Shown: positions 47,897 to 57,681, numbered from the stretch's first letter. The stretch is 64,000 bases of DNA from Betaproteobacteria bacterium (GCA_947458265.1 CANGYF010000002.1:121797-185796); one strand, 5' to 3'. Notes: generated from the letters alone by a model not told the origin. Program-made: numbers and translations.

Positions 47897-48895
47897 TCAA
47901 TCGAGCTTGATGCCCAGTTTCCGGCCGAGGTCGCCCCATACGGTCATGTCGTCGCGGATCAGGGCCGCGAACGCCTCCGGCGTGCTCGGCGACGGGTCCA
48001 TGCCCTGGGCGAGCAGGTTGCGGCGGACATCCGCATCGTCGAGGATGCGCCGCACCGACGCATTCAGCAGGTCGACGATCGGGCGAGGCAGCTTCGCCGG
48101 CCCGAGCAGCCCCCACCAGCCGCTGACGTCGAAGCCGGCAAGCCCGCCAGCCTCGGCCACCGTCGGCACGTCGGGTACCGCCGCGGAGCGCTTCGGCGCC
48201 CCCGAGGCGATGGCCTTGAGCCGTCCGCCCTTCATGTGCGGCAGCCCGACCAGCACTGGCGTGAACGCGAGCTGGACCTCGTTGCCGAGCTGAGCGGCGG
48301 TCGCCGGGCCGATGCCCTTGTACGGAATGTGCGACATCGCCATGCCGGTGCGCGACATCAGCAGTTCCATGCCCAGGTGCGGCGGCGAGCCGTTGCCCGA
48401 AGAGCCGTAGTTCAGCTTGCCCGGGTTCGCCCGGACGTGGGCGATCAGTTCCTTCAGGGTCGACGCCGGCAGCGACGGGTGCGCCAGCAGCAGCAGCGGT
48501 GAGGTCGTGGCCAGACTGATCGGGGTGAAATCGCGAATCGGATCGTAGGGCAGCTTCTCGACCAGGCGTGCGCTGCTGGCGAACGAGTTGAACGTGAACA
48601 GCAGGGTGTGGCCGTCAGCCGGCGCCTGCGAGACGATCTGCGCGCCGACGATGCCGCTGCCGGCCGGACGGTTGTCGACGATGAAGGTCTGTCCGTGCCG
48701 CTCGCCGAGCTGCTGTGCGAGCACCCGACCGACCGCGTCGGTGCCACCACCGGGCGCGAACGGAATGATCAGGCGTACCGGGCGCTGGGGATAGCTGCCG
48801 CCCTGGGCGGCGGCGGTGCCTGGCGACAGCACAGCCAGGAGCATGGCGACGGACAGACATGCTGCGCCCGGGGCGCACGCGCGACGATGGTTCAC
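47897..48895 (-). CDS. Bug/TctC substrate-binding protein
   Basis: YPQRPVRLIIPFAPGG, DGHTLL, HIPYKG; GTG start with GGAGGAG RBS. Confidence 0.92.
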   Translation of the reverse strand: MNHRRACAPGAACLSVAMLLAVLSPGTAAAQGGSYPQRPVRLIIPFAPGGGTDAVGRVLAQQLGERHGQTFIVDNRPAGSGIVGAQIVSQAPADGHTLLFTFNSFASSARLVEKLPYDPIRDFTPISLATTSPLLLLAHPSLPASTLKELIAHVRANPGKLNYGSSGNGSPPHLGMELLMSRTGMAMSHIPYKGIGPATAAQLGNEVQLAFTPVLVGLPHMKGGRLKAIASGAPKRSAAVPDVPTVAEAGGLAGFDVSGWWGLLGPAKLPRPIVDLLNASVRRILDDADVRRNLLAQGMDPSPSTPEAFAALIRDDMTVWGDLGRKLGIKLD

Positions 48896-49051
48896 TGGAA
48901 CTCCTCCGAGGCGGCCGGCCCCTGGATCGGGGACTTCGGCACGGGATGACAGGCATGGCGCGGCGGATGATACCGGAGGCTGCATCGCCGGCGGGCCGGA
49001 CCGAAGCCTGCCTCGGGCATAATCCGGCCCTTCACACGGAGGGCATGGACG

Positions 49052-50332
49052 ATGGGTCACACGCTGGCGGAAAAGATACTCGGCACCCGTTCGGGTGGCG
49101 CACCGGTCGAGGCAGGCGATGTCGTCGTCGCCCGCGTCGACTTCGCGATGGTGCACGATGCCCGCGCAGCCAATGCGCTGAAGGCGGTGGCGACCCTCGG
49201 CTTCGACGCCCTGCCCAATGCGGCGCGTACCGCGTTCGTGCTCGACCACTTCTCGCCGCCGCCCTCGCGCGAGGCTGCGAACGTGCATGCCGACATGCGC
49301 GAATTCTGCGAACGCACCGGCGCGGTGATCTACGACGTCGGCGACGGCATCTGCCACCAGGTGCTGCCGGAGCACGGGCACTTCACCGCCGGCGACCTGG
49401 TGGTCGGCACCGACACCCACTCCACCACCTACGGCGCGTTCAATGCCTACGGCACCGGCCACGAGGGAACGGACGTGGCGGCGATCCTCGCCACCGGCCG
49501 TACCTGGTTCAAGGTGCCGGAGTCGATCCGGGTGGAGCTGACCGGCCGCCTGTCGCCCGGCGTGTGGGCGAAGGATGTGACGCTGGCAATGCTCGGCCGC
49601 CTCGGCGCCGAAGGCGCCAACTTCAAGGTGATCGAGTACACCGGGAACGCGGTGTCCGAGATGGCGATCGACGACCGGATGACCCTGTCGAACCATGCGG
49701 CGGAACTGGGGGCAGAAGCCGCGATCCTCGAATGCGACGACAAGACAGTCGCCTGGCTCGCTGCGCATGGTGCGGCCGCGCCCAGGCCGGTGACCGCCGA
49801 CGCCGATGCGCGCTACGCCGACCGCTTCACGATCGATGCATCGGCGCTGTCGCCGAAGGTCGCGCACAACCATGACATCGGTGACGTGGTCGATGTGTCG
49901 GAACTCGCGGGCCAGCCGGTGCACGTTGGCCTGATCGGCACCTGCACCAACGGGCGCCTGGACGACATCCGGCAGGCAGCCGCCATCCTGAAAGGCCGCA
50001 GGATCGCGAAGGGCGTGCGCCTGGTGGTGACACCGGCCTCGCGTGCGATCTACCTCGCCGCGATGCGCGAAGGACTGTTCGAGATCCTGACCGAAGCCGG
50101 CGCATCAGTCGATGCCGCCGGTTGCGGCACCTGCGTCGGCATCACACACAAACTGATGTCGGCCGACCGCGAGCGGGTGATCTCCAGCGCGAACCGCAAC
50201 TTCAAGGGCCGCCTGGGCAACCCGGAATCGGAGATCCTGATCGCCTCCTCCGCGACCGTAGCCGCATCCGCCCTCACCGGCCGGGTCACCGACCCGCGCG
50301 AGTTCGCCTTCGACATCCGCAACGCCGCCTGA
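49052..50332 (+). CDS. Aconitase-family hydratase large subunit (short LeuC/HacA/DmdA type)
   Basis: TLAEKIL, DH, GICHQV, GTDTHS, GTCTNGR, GCGTCVG, SANRNFKGRLG; 426 aa. Confidence 0.9.
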   Translation: MGHTLAEKILGTRSGGAPVEAGDVVVARVDFAMVHDARAANALKAVATLGFDALPNAARTAFVLDHFSPPPSREAANVHADMREFCERTGAVIYDVGDGICHQVLPEHGHFTAGDLVVGTDTHSTTYGAFNAYGTGHEGTDVAAILATGRTWFKVPESIRVELTGRLSPGVWAKDVTLAMLGRLGAEGANFKVIEYTGNAVSEMAIDDRMTLSNHAAELGAEAAILECDDKTVAWLAAHGAAAPRPVTADADARYADRFTIDASALSPKVAHNHDIGDVVDVSELAGQPVHVGLIGTCTNGRLDDIRQAAAILKGRRIAKGVRLVVTPASRAIYLAAMREGLFEILTEAGASVDAAGCGTCVGITHKLMSADRERVISSANRNFKGRLGNPESEILIASSATVAASALTGRVTDPREFAFDIRNAA

Positions 50333-50343
50333 AGGGGATATCC

Positions 50344-50871
50344 ATGACCGGCAACGCATCCACCGTGGCACCCATCCGCGCGACCGTGCACCGCCTCGGC
50401 GACGAGGTCAGCACCGACATCCACTGCTCGGCCAAGTACAACATGGGCAAGTCGATCCAGTGGCTCGCCGAACATGCGTTCGAGCAGCTGCAGCCCGGCT
50501 TCGCGCAGAAGATCAAGCCCGGCGACGTGATCGTCGCGGGCAAGGACTTCGGCATCAACTCCTCGCGCGAGCAGGCGGTGCACGTGCTGCGCGCGATGGG
50601 CGTGTCCGCGGTCGTCGCCCAGTCGTTCGGGCGCCAGTTCTACCGCAACGCGATCAACAACGGCCTGCCGATCGCCGAATGCGACGTCTCGGCGATCAAG
50701 GACGGCGACGTGATCGAGATCGACGTGGCCGCCGGACGGATCGAGGTCCCGGCCAGCGGCTTCAGTGCAGCGGTGCCGAAGCTGCCACCGGCGGTACTCG
50801 CGCTGATCGCCGCAGGCGGGCTGCTGCCCTTCCTCAAGCAGCATCCCGACTGGGCCCTGCCGACCGCCTGA
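50344..50871 (+). CDS. Aconitase-family hydratase small subunit (LeuD/HacB/DmdB type)
   Basis: STDI, VAGKDFGINSSREQA, SFGRQFYRNAINNGLP, GGL. Confidence 0.9.
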   Translation: MTGNASTVAPIRATVHRLGDEVSTDIHCSAKYNMGKSIQWLAEHAFEQLQPGFAQKIKPGDVIVAGKDFGINSSREQAVHVLRAMGVSAVVAQSFGRQFYRNAINNGLPIAECDVSAIKDGDVIEIDVAAGRIEVPASGFSAAVPKLPPAVLALIAAGGLLPFLKQHPDWALPTA

Positions 50872-50888
50872 TCCGGCGACCAGGCGTC

Positions 50889-50967
50889 GGGATAATCAGG
50901 GTCAGACCCCGATTATCCGGACCGGCCCACGGCACGGGGATAATCGGGGTCTGACCCTGATTATCCC
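50889..50967. repeat. REP-like doublet: perfect 30-bp inverted repeat, 19-bp spacer, each arm internally palindromic
   Basis: GGGATAATCAGGGTCAGACCCCGATTATCC (50889-50918) and its exact reverse complement (50938-50967), between convergent genes. Confidence 0.85.
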
Positions 50968-50982
50968 CGTGGCACCGCTCGA

Positions 50983-51510
50983 TCAGGCCTTCAGGTGGGC
51001 GTCGCGCTGCGAGTAGAGCTTGTCGTCGGCGTAGCCCATCGTATCGGGCTTCGCGCGGCCTAGCATCACCTGGAAATAGACCGGCTCGAGGCTGTTGTTG
51101 TCGTAGCCGTGGATCACGCCAGGCGGGCAGGCGACGCATTCCCACTTGCCCAGCCGGGTGGTCACGCGGTTGCCCTGCTCGTCCTCGACGAAGACGTCCA
51201 GGAAGCCGTCCAGCACGAAGAACACTTCCTCGACTTCATGGGTGTGAGCAGCGTTGCCCTGGCCCGGGTTGACGAACATGATGGACAGCGTGAAGCCGCG
51301 CGCCGGGATCACCGTCGGATCGTCGTGCTTGCCCGAGCCGCCAGCGCCGATGAAGCGGTGCTGCGCGCGCTTCCAGCCCTCGATCTTCGCGTCCTCGAAA
51401 GCGGCCCAGTCGGCCTGCTTTTCCTTGAATCGCCCGGTGAACTTCTTCAGGACCGTCTCGAGCGGCAGCCCGACGAGTTCCGGGGGCATCGGATGGCGTG
51501 CAGCTGGCAT
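50983..51510 (-). CDS. Cupin domain protein
   Basis: PGQGNAAHTHEVEEVFFVLDG and PPGVIHG metal-binding motifs. Confidence 0.88.
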   Translation of the reverse strand: MPAARHPMPPELVGLPLETVLKKFTGRFKEKQADWAAFEDAKIEGWKRAQHRFIGAGGSGKHDDPTVIPARGFTLSIMFVNPGQGNAAHTHEVEEVFFVLDGFLDVFVEDEQGNRVTTRLGKWECVACPPGVIHGYDNNSLEPVYFQVMLGRAKPDTMGYADDKLYSQRDAHLKA

Positions 51511-51738
51511 GGTGTTCGCTCCTCGCTTGGTTCGTGATCGATGATCGATAGTAGTGTGCCGTCGCGCGTGAAGGCAACCGCGCGGCCTTTTTTCCGCATG
51601 GCAGCCTTCGCATGCGCGCTCCGGCGCCGCTGCTGCCGCTACTGCCGTAATATCGTGGCCTTTCCTGATGTGATCACAACGCTACCCGGCCGGCACCGGC
51701 GACGGAGACAGGTGCCAAACACGCAAGGAAGATCCCCG

Positions 51739-52776
51739 ATGCGACCGACGCACCCGATGTACCCGACGCAACCCATGCAAGCCCTGAACGGCGGACGTCC
51801 CCGGCGCCCTGCGCGCGCGTTGCGCTGCGCCCTGCTCTGCGCGCTGCTCGCGGCCGCGCCCTCCGCCGTCCTGGCCCAGGCACCGGCCTTTCCCGCGAAG
51901 ACCATCCGCCTGATCGCGCCGTTCGCGCCCGGCGGCGCCCTCGACCTGGTCGCGCGTGTCGTCGGGCAGGTGGTGACCGAGCAGCTCGGCCAGCCGGTGA
52001 TCGTCGACAACCGCGCCGGCGCTGCGGGGGCCATCGGCTCCGAACAGGTCGCGCGCGCCGCGCCGGATGGTTACACCCTCCTGCTCGGCGCCACCACCAC
52101 TCACGGCATCAATCCCGTGCTGCAGAAGCTTCCGTACGACCCGCTGAAGGATTTCACCCCGGTGTCGCTGGTGGCGACCATCCCGCACGTGCTGGTGGTC
52201 AACCCGTCGCTGCCGGTCAACACCCTGCCCGACCTGATCAAGTACGCGCGCAGCAAGCCCGGCATGACCTACGGCTCGGCCGGCACCGGCTCGCCGCACC
52301 ATCTCGCCGGCGAGATGCTCAAGATGGCCACCGGCATCGACATCACGCATGTGCCCTACAAGGGCTCGGCCCCGGCCATGAGCGACGTGATCGGCGGGCA
52401 GGTGCAGTTCATGTCGATCGAACTCACCGCGGCGGTCAGCCAGATCAAGGCTGGCAAGCTGCGCGCGATCGCGATCGCCACCGCGAAGCGGGTGCCTGGC
52501 GTCGACCTGCCCACGGCGGCCGAAGGCGGCCTGCCCAACTTCGAGGTGACCGCCTGGTACGCGGTGTACGCACCGGCGGGCACGCCGCGCTCGACGGTCG
52601 ACATCCTGTCGAAGGCGATCGCCCGCGGCCTCGGCTCGGGCGAGGCGCGCGACAAGCTCGCATCCCTCAACGCGGTCACGGTTGGCAGCACGCCGGAGGA
52701 ACTGACCACTCACATGCGCGCCGAACTCGCCCGCTGGTCGAAGGTGATCAAGACCGCCGGCGTCAAGGCAGAGTAG
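51739..52776 (+). CDS. Bug/TctC substrate-binding protein
   Basis: FPAKTIRLIAPFAPGG, DNRAGAAG, PDGYTLL, HVPYKG; N-terminal 9-bp repeats give alternative starts. Confidence 0.92.
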   Translation: MRPTHPMYPTQPMQALNGGRPRRPARALRCALLCALLAAAPSAVLAQAPAFPAKTIRLIAPFAPGGALDLVARVVGQVVTEQLGQPVIVDNRAGAAGAIGSEQVARAAPDGYTLLLGATTTHGINPVLQKLPYDPLKDFTPVSLVATIPHVLVVNPSLPVNTLPDLIKYARSKPGMTYGSAGTGSPHHLAGEMLKMATGIDITHVPYKGSAPAMSDVIGGQVQFMSIELTAAVSQIKAGKLRAIAIATAKRVPGVDLPTAAEGGLPNFEVTAWYAVYAPAGTPRSTVDILSKAIARGLGSGEARDKLASLNAVTVGSTPEELTTHMRAELARWSKVIKTAGVKAE

Positions 52777-52802
52777 CCGGCAGAGTAGCCGGCCGAGTAA
52801 CC
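52767..52802 (+). repeat. Three copies of a 12-bp tandem repeat containing the Bug stop codon
   Basis: ggcagagtagcc ggcagagtagcc ggccgagtaacc. Confidence 0.75.
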
Positions 52803-52840
52803 CTCCCTCCAGATCCTGCGCACACAGTCGAGCCCATCCG

Positions 52841-53746
52841 ATGAAGCCTCCCCAGTTCGAATACGCCGCACCCGCCACCCTGCCCGAGGCCCTCGCGCTG
52901 CTCGCCCATCCGGATGGCGATGCCAAGCCGCTGGCCGGTGGCCAGAGCCTGATGCCGGTGCTTGCCTTCCGCCTCGCCTCGCCGCGACTGCTCGTCGACC
53001 TGCGCCTGCTGCAGGGCATGGACCGCATCGAGGTCGACGCCTCCGGCGTGCGCATGGGCGCCAAGGTGCGCTGGCGCGACATCGAGCGCGATGCTCGCCT
53101 GAAGACCGCCCTGCCGCTGATGGCCGAGGCGATCGGGCATGTCGCGCACTACCAGATCCGTAACCGCGGCACGGTCGGCGGCAGCCTCGCGCATGCCGAC
53201 CCGGCCGCCGAACTGCCGGGCATCGCAGTGGCCTGCGACGCGACGATCGAGATCGCCAGCACGCGCGGCAGCCGCAGCGTGGCGGCCGCCGATTTCTTCG
53301 AGGGCGCGCTCACCACCGTGCTGCAGCCCGATGAACTGATCACTGCGATCACCTTCCCGGCCTGGCCGGCTGGCCGCGCCAGCGCCTTCGAGGAACTCGC
53401 GCGCCGGCATGGCGATTTCGCGATGGCCGGCACCGCCGTCTGGTTCGACCTCGACACCGCCGGCCGTGCGATGAACACGCATATCGGCGTGATCGGCGCC
53501 TCCGACCGCCCGCGCCGCCTCGCGGCAGCCGAGGCGAAGCTCGACGGGCAGGTGATCGATGCGCAATCGATCGGCGAGGCCGCCTGCGCGGCAGCCGGTG
53601 CCTGCGATCCGGCTGACGACCTGCATGCCAGCGCTGCCTACCGGCGCAACCTGGTCGGCGTGCTGGTCGAGCGGGCGCTGGCCCGGGCACTGGCCGGCAC
53701 CAAGGGTAGCGGCACGGCAATCAATCGCAGTGGGGAGTCGCACTGA
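52841..53746 (+). CDS. Mo-hydroxylase FAD subunit (CoxM/CutM family)
   Basis: MKPPQFEY, LAGGQSL, QIRNRGTVGGSLAHADPAAE, RRHGDFA. Confidence 0.92.
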   Translation: MKPPQFEYAAPATLPEALALLAHPDGDAKPLAGGQSLMPVLAFRLASPRLLVDLRLLQGMDRIEVDASGVRMGAKVRWRDIERDARLKTALPLMAEAIGHVAHYQIRNRGTVGGSLAHADPAAELPGIAVACDATIEIASTRGSRSVAAADFFEGALTTVLQPDELITAITFPAWPAGRASAFEELARRHGDFAMAGTAVWFDLDTAGRAMNTHIGVIGASDRPRRLAAAEAKLDGQVIDAQSIGEAACAAAGACDPADDLHASAAYRRNLVGVLVERALARALAGTKGSGTAINRSGESH

Positions 53747-54249
53747 TGGAAGTCTCGTTCAAGGTCAATGGCCATGCGGTGAAGACCGAGGTCGAACCGC
53801 GCACCACCCTGTCGCTGTGCCTGCGCGACAACCTGAAGCTCACCGGCACCCATGTCGGCTGCGAGCACGGTGTCTGCGGTGCCTGCACGGTGATCGTAGA
53901 TGGCGAAGCCGTGCGCTCCTGCCTGACGCTCGCGGTGCAGGTCGAAGGCCGCTCGATCACGACGGTCGAAGGACTGGCCGACGGCGATGCGCTGTCGCCG
54001 CTGCAGGCAGCCTTCCGCCGCCACAACGCGCTGCAGTGCGGTTTCTGCACGCCCGGGATGCTCACCACCGCGCATGCACTGCTCACCGACGAGCCGCATG
54101 CCAGTGCCGACCGCATCCGCGAGGTGCTGTCCGGCAACCTGTGCCGCTGCACCGGCTACCTGCCGATCGTCGAGGCGGTACTCGACGCGCGCGCCGCCTA
54201 CGGTGGCCCGGCAAGCGATGCCACCACCGGCCATGGAGCCGGCCGATGA
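53746..54249 (+). CDS. Mo-hydroxylase 2x[2Fe-2S] subunit (CoxS/CutS family)
   Basis: GCEHGVCGACTV...SC, QCGFCTPG, NLCRCTGY. Confidence 0.94.
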   Translation: MEVSFKVNGHAVKTEVEPRTTLSLCLRDNLKLTGTHVGCEHGVCGACTVIVDGEAVRSCLTLAVQVEGRSITTVEGLADGDALSPLQAAFRRHNALQCGFCTPGMLTTAHALLTDEPHASADRIREVLSGNLCRCTGYLPIVEAVLDARAAYGGPASDATTGHGAGR

Positions 54250-56603
54250 ACGCACGCCTGACCGACATCCTGCCGGAATCCGCCGAGGCTGCCGCCGCCG
54301 GCCCGTACATCGGGCGCTCGGTGCAGCGGGTGGAAGACCTGCGCCTGCTGCGCGGCCTGGGCCGCTACGCCGACGACGTGATGCTGCCCGGCATGCTGCA
54401 TGCCGCGATGCTGCGCAGCTCGGTCGCGCATGCCCGCCTGCGCGGCATCGATGCCACCGCCGCGCGTGCGATGCCCGGCGTTCATGCCGTGATCACCGCC
54501 ACCGAGGTCACGGGCGGACCCGGCAAGGCCGTGCCTACGGTTCCGCTGCGCCTGCAGCCGCTGCCGTGCATGGAGCCCTACCGGCAGCCGGTGATCGTGC
54601 AGGACCGCATCCGCCACGTCGGCGAGGTGCTCGCCATCGTCGTGGCCGACACGCTCGCACTGGCCGAAGACGCGATGGAAGCCATCGAGCTGGACCTCGA
54701 GCAGCTACCTGCGGTCGCCGACTGGAAGACCTCGGCGGCCGACGAAACCCTTCTTTTCGACGGCACCACCACCAACCGCGGCGTGACCTTCACCGCGAAG
54801 CGCGGTGACGCCGATGCGGCCTTCGCCGCGGCTGCGCACATCCAGCGCGAGCGCTTCACGGTTCAGCGCCAGGCGCCGGTCACGATGGAAGCGCGCGGCG
54901 TGGTCGCCGACTGGGACGCGGCCGGCGGCCGGCTGGTCGTGTACGGCGCGGCCAAGGTGCCGTTCTTCAACCGCCATGCCAGCGCGCAGATGCTGGGCAT
55001 GCCCGACAGCGCGGTGGACTTCATCGAGGGCGACACCGGCGGCAGCTTCGGTGCCCGCGGCGAGTTCTATGTCGAGGATTTCCTGGTGCCGTTCGCGGCA
55101 CGCCATGTCGGCCGCCCGGTCAAGTGGATCAGCGACCGGCGTGAAGACCTGATGACCATGGCGCAGTCGCGCGAGTGCGAAGCCGACGTCGAGATGGCCT
55201 TCGCGGCCGACGGCACCATCCTCGGCGTGCGTGGCACCGCCTGGTGCGACCTGGGCGCCTATCCACGCACCAACGGGCTGATCCAGCCGCGCAACATCCC
55301 GCATTTCCTGACCAATGCCTATCGAATCGAGGCGGTGCACGTCGATTCGCACGTGCAGTTCACGAACAAGGGGCCGGCCGGCACCTACCGTGCACCCGGC
55401 CGTGCCGAGACCGTGATGTTCTGCGAACGGTTGATCGAACGCGGCGCGAAGGCGATGGGTCTCGATCCGGTCGAGGTTCGCCGGCGCAACCTGGTCACCT
55501 CGAACGACATGCCCTGGCACTTCGCGACGCTCACCCCGTCGGCGCCGGAATCGAGTGGCCTGTCCGAGGCCGACAGCGGCGACTACCTCGCCGCGTTCGA
55601 GCGCTGCCTGGCCGAGTTCGACTGGCAGGGCAAGCTGGCGCTGCAAGGCAAGGTGGTCGACGGCCTCCATCACGGCATCGGCGTCGCCTCCTTCATCGAG
55701 GGCGGTGCGGCCGGCCCGCGCGAGAACGCGAAGATCGAACTCGCGCGTGACGGATCGGTCACGCTGTATGTCGGCTCCACCTCGGTCGGCCAGGGCCTGG
55801 AGACCTCGCTCGGACAGATCGCCGCCGATGCCCTCGGCATCCCGATGTCCGCGCTGACGCTGCTGCATGGGTCGACCACCTACCTTCACGAAGGCTTCGG
55901 CTCGTACCACTCGCGGTCCACCGTGATGGGCGGCTCGGCGATCATCGACGCGGCCGGCAAGTTCAAGCAGGCCGTGCGCGAAGCGGCTGCGACCTACCTC
56001 GAGTGCCTGCCCGAGCAGGTGATGATCACCGGCACGGAGGCGAAGTCGCCGCGCGGCCGCAGCATCGGCTTTGCCGAACTGGCGAAGAACGAGACGATCC
56101 GGGTGGATGGCACGTTCGCCAACCACCACCATACCTGGGCCTACGGGGCCGCCGCGGCGCATGTCGCGGTCGACGCGCGTACCGGCGACGTCTCGCTGCT
56201 CGACTACGTGGTGGTCGAGGACGTCGGCCGCGCGATCAACCCGCTGCTGCTGCGCGGGCAGTTGCTCGGTGGCACGGTGCAGGGACTGGGCGGCGCCTTC
56301 CTGGAAGAGATGGTGTACGACGCCGAGGGGCAGATGCTCACCGGCACGCTCGCCGACTACCTGATACCGACCGCGACGGACTTTCCCCGCCTGCGTGCGG
56401 TGATCACCGAGGACTTCCCGTCCCCGATCAACCCGATCGGTGCCAAGGGCGCCGGCGAAGGCGGCACGATCGTCGCGCCGGCGGTGATCGTCAACGCGAT
56501 CGCCAATGCGCTCGGCCAGTACGACTTGAATCCCGCTTCGTTGCCGCTGTCGCCGTCGAAGCTGTGGCACATGATCGACGACGCGCGGCGCGCTGAGCGC
56601 TAA
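54246..56603 (+). CDS. Mo-hydroxylase molybdopterin subunit (xanthine dehydrogenase/CoxL family; not a form I CO dehydrogenase)
   Basis: RVEDLRLLRG, GGSFG, TYRAPGR, GQGLET, QGLGGA..E, KGAGEGG. Confidence 0.9.
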   Translation: MNARLTDILPESAEAAAAGPYIGRSVQRVEDLRLLRGLGRYADDVMLPGMLHAAMLRSSVAHARLRGIDATAARAMPGVHAVITATEVTGGPGKAVPTVPLRLQPLPCMEPYRQPVIVQDRIRHVGEVLAIVVADTLALAEDAMEAIELDLEQLPAVADWKTSAADETLLFDGTTTNRGVTFTAKRGDADAAFAAAAHIQRERFTVQRQAPVTMEARGVVADWDAAGGRLVVYGAAKVPFFNRHASAQMLGMPDSAVDFIEGDTGGSFGARGEFYVEDFLVPFAARHVGRPVKWISDRREDLMTMAQSRECEADVEMAFAADGTILGVRGTAWCDLGAYPRTNGLIQPRNIPHFLTNAYRIEAVHVDSHVQFTNKGPAGTYRAPGRAETVMFCERLIERGAKAMGLDPVEVRRRNLVTSNDMPWHFATLTPSAPESSGLSEADSGDYLAAFERCLAEFDWQGKLALQGKVVDGLHHGIGVASFIEGGAAGPRENAKIELARDGSVTLYVGSTSVGQGLETSLGQIAADALGIPMSALTLLHGSTTYLHEGFGSYHSRSTVMGGSAIIDAAGKFKQAVREAAATYLECLPEQVMITGTEAKSPRGRSIGFAELAKNETIRVDGTFANHHHTWAYGAAAAHVAVDARTGDVSLLDYVVVEDVGRAINPLLLRGQLLGGTVQGLGGAFLEEMVYDAEGQMLTGTLADYLIPTATDFPRLRAVITEDFPSPINPIGAKGAGEGGTIVAPAVIVNAIANALGQYDLNPASLPLSPSKLWHMIDDARRAER

Positions 56604-56637
56604 CCACCGCTGCCCTTCCCTGCCTGGAGACACCGAG

Positions 56638-57666
56638 ATGAGCCACGCCCACCGCACGTCCCCCGATGCACGCCGCCGCAGTGTCGCCCTGGCCGGCGGT
56701 GGCGGATTGCTGTCCGCCCTTGCCAGCGGCGGCGGTCTGCTGCTGCCGACGGACGCAGCATTCGCGCAGGCAGCGAAGTTCCCGGTCAAGCCGGTGCGCG
56801 TGATCGCCGGCTTCGCACCGGGCGGTGCGCTCGACCTCAACGCCAGGATCGCGGCGCAGGCGATCCAGGAACAGCTTGGACAGCCGGGCATCGTCGAGAA
56901 CCGCGCTGGCGCATCCGGCGTGATCGGCACCGAACACGTGATGCGCGCCGCACCCGACGGCTACACCCTGCTGCTGGGTGCCGCAGGCACCCACGGCATC
57001 AACCCGGTCCTGCAGAAGCTGCCGTACGACCCGGTCAAGGATTTCGCGCCGGTGTCGCTGGTGTCCTCGGTGCCGCATGTGCTGGTCGTGCATCCCTCGC
57101 TGCCGGTGAAGACGCTGCAGCAGTTCGTGAAGTTCGCGCGCGCCAACCCGGGGCTGAACTACGCCTCGTCGGGCACCGGCACCATCCACCACCTGGCAGC
57201 CGAGATGCTGCGCTCGATGATCGGCGCGGAGTTCGTGCACGTGCCCTACAAGGGCGCCGGCCCGGCGATGGCCGACGTGATCAGCGGCCAGGTGCCCTGG
57301 ATGTCGATCGAATACGCGCCGGCGGCCCCGATGATCAAGGCCGGCAAGCTGCGCGCGCTGGCCCTGGCCACGCCGAAGCGGGTCGCCGGCATCGACGTCC
57401 CGACCGCCGCCGAGGCTGGCGTGCCCGGCTGGGAAGTCACCAACTGGTACGCGGTGTTCGCACCCGCCGGCACCAGCCCGGAGGTTGTCGACATCCTGTC
57501 GAAGGCAATCGCGCGCGGCATCGCTTCGCCCGAAGCGAGGGACCGGCTGTCCTCGCTCGGTGCGATCCCGATCGGCGGCACGCCGGCCGAACTCGCGGCG
57601 CTGGTGAAGTCGGAACTCACCCGCTGGTCGGCTATCGTCAAGTCGGCTAACGTCAAGATCGACTGA
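56638..57666 (+). CDS. Bug/TctC substrate-binding protein (Tat-like RRR leader)
   Basis: FPVKPVRVIAGFAPGG, ENRAGASG, HVPYKG. Confidence 0.92.
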   Translation: MSHAHRTSPDARRRSVALAGGGGLLSALASGGGLLLPTDAAFAQAAKFPVKPVRVIAGFAPGGALDLNARIAAQAIQEQLGQPGIVENRAGASGVIGTEHVMRAAPDGYTLLLGAAGTHGINPVLQKLPYDPVKDFAPVSLVSSVPHVLVVHPSLPVKTLQQFVKFARANPGLNYASSGTGTIHHLAAEMLRSMIGAEFVHVPYKGAGPAMADVISGQVPWMSIEYAPAAPMIKAGKLRALALATPKRVAGIDVPTAAEAGVPGWEVTNWYAVFAPAGTSPEVVDILSKAIARGIASPEARDRLSSLGAIPIGGTPAELAALVKSELTRWSAIVKSANVKID

Positions 57667-57681
57667 TCCAAGGACCCTGCC

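Noticed and set aside
49052-50871. Housekeeping leuCD call
   Set aside because: Short HacA/DmdA-type subunits, no leuB adjacent, catabolic context.
50889-50967. CRISPR array or IS ends
   Set aside because: Only two copies, inverted, with no spacers, cas genes or transposase.
51571-51592. AAGGC...GCCTT plus T-run, a possible terminator or riboswitch in the cupin/Bug divergent region
   Set aside because: Stem is only 5 bp, with no upstream plus-strand gene or recognisable aptamer.
52841-56603. Aerobic CO dehydrogenase call (coxMSL)
   Set aside because: No AYxCSFR motif and no cox accessory genes.
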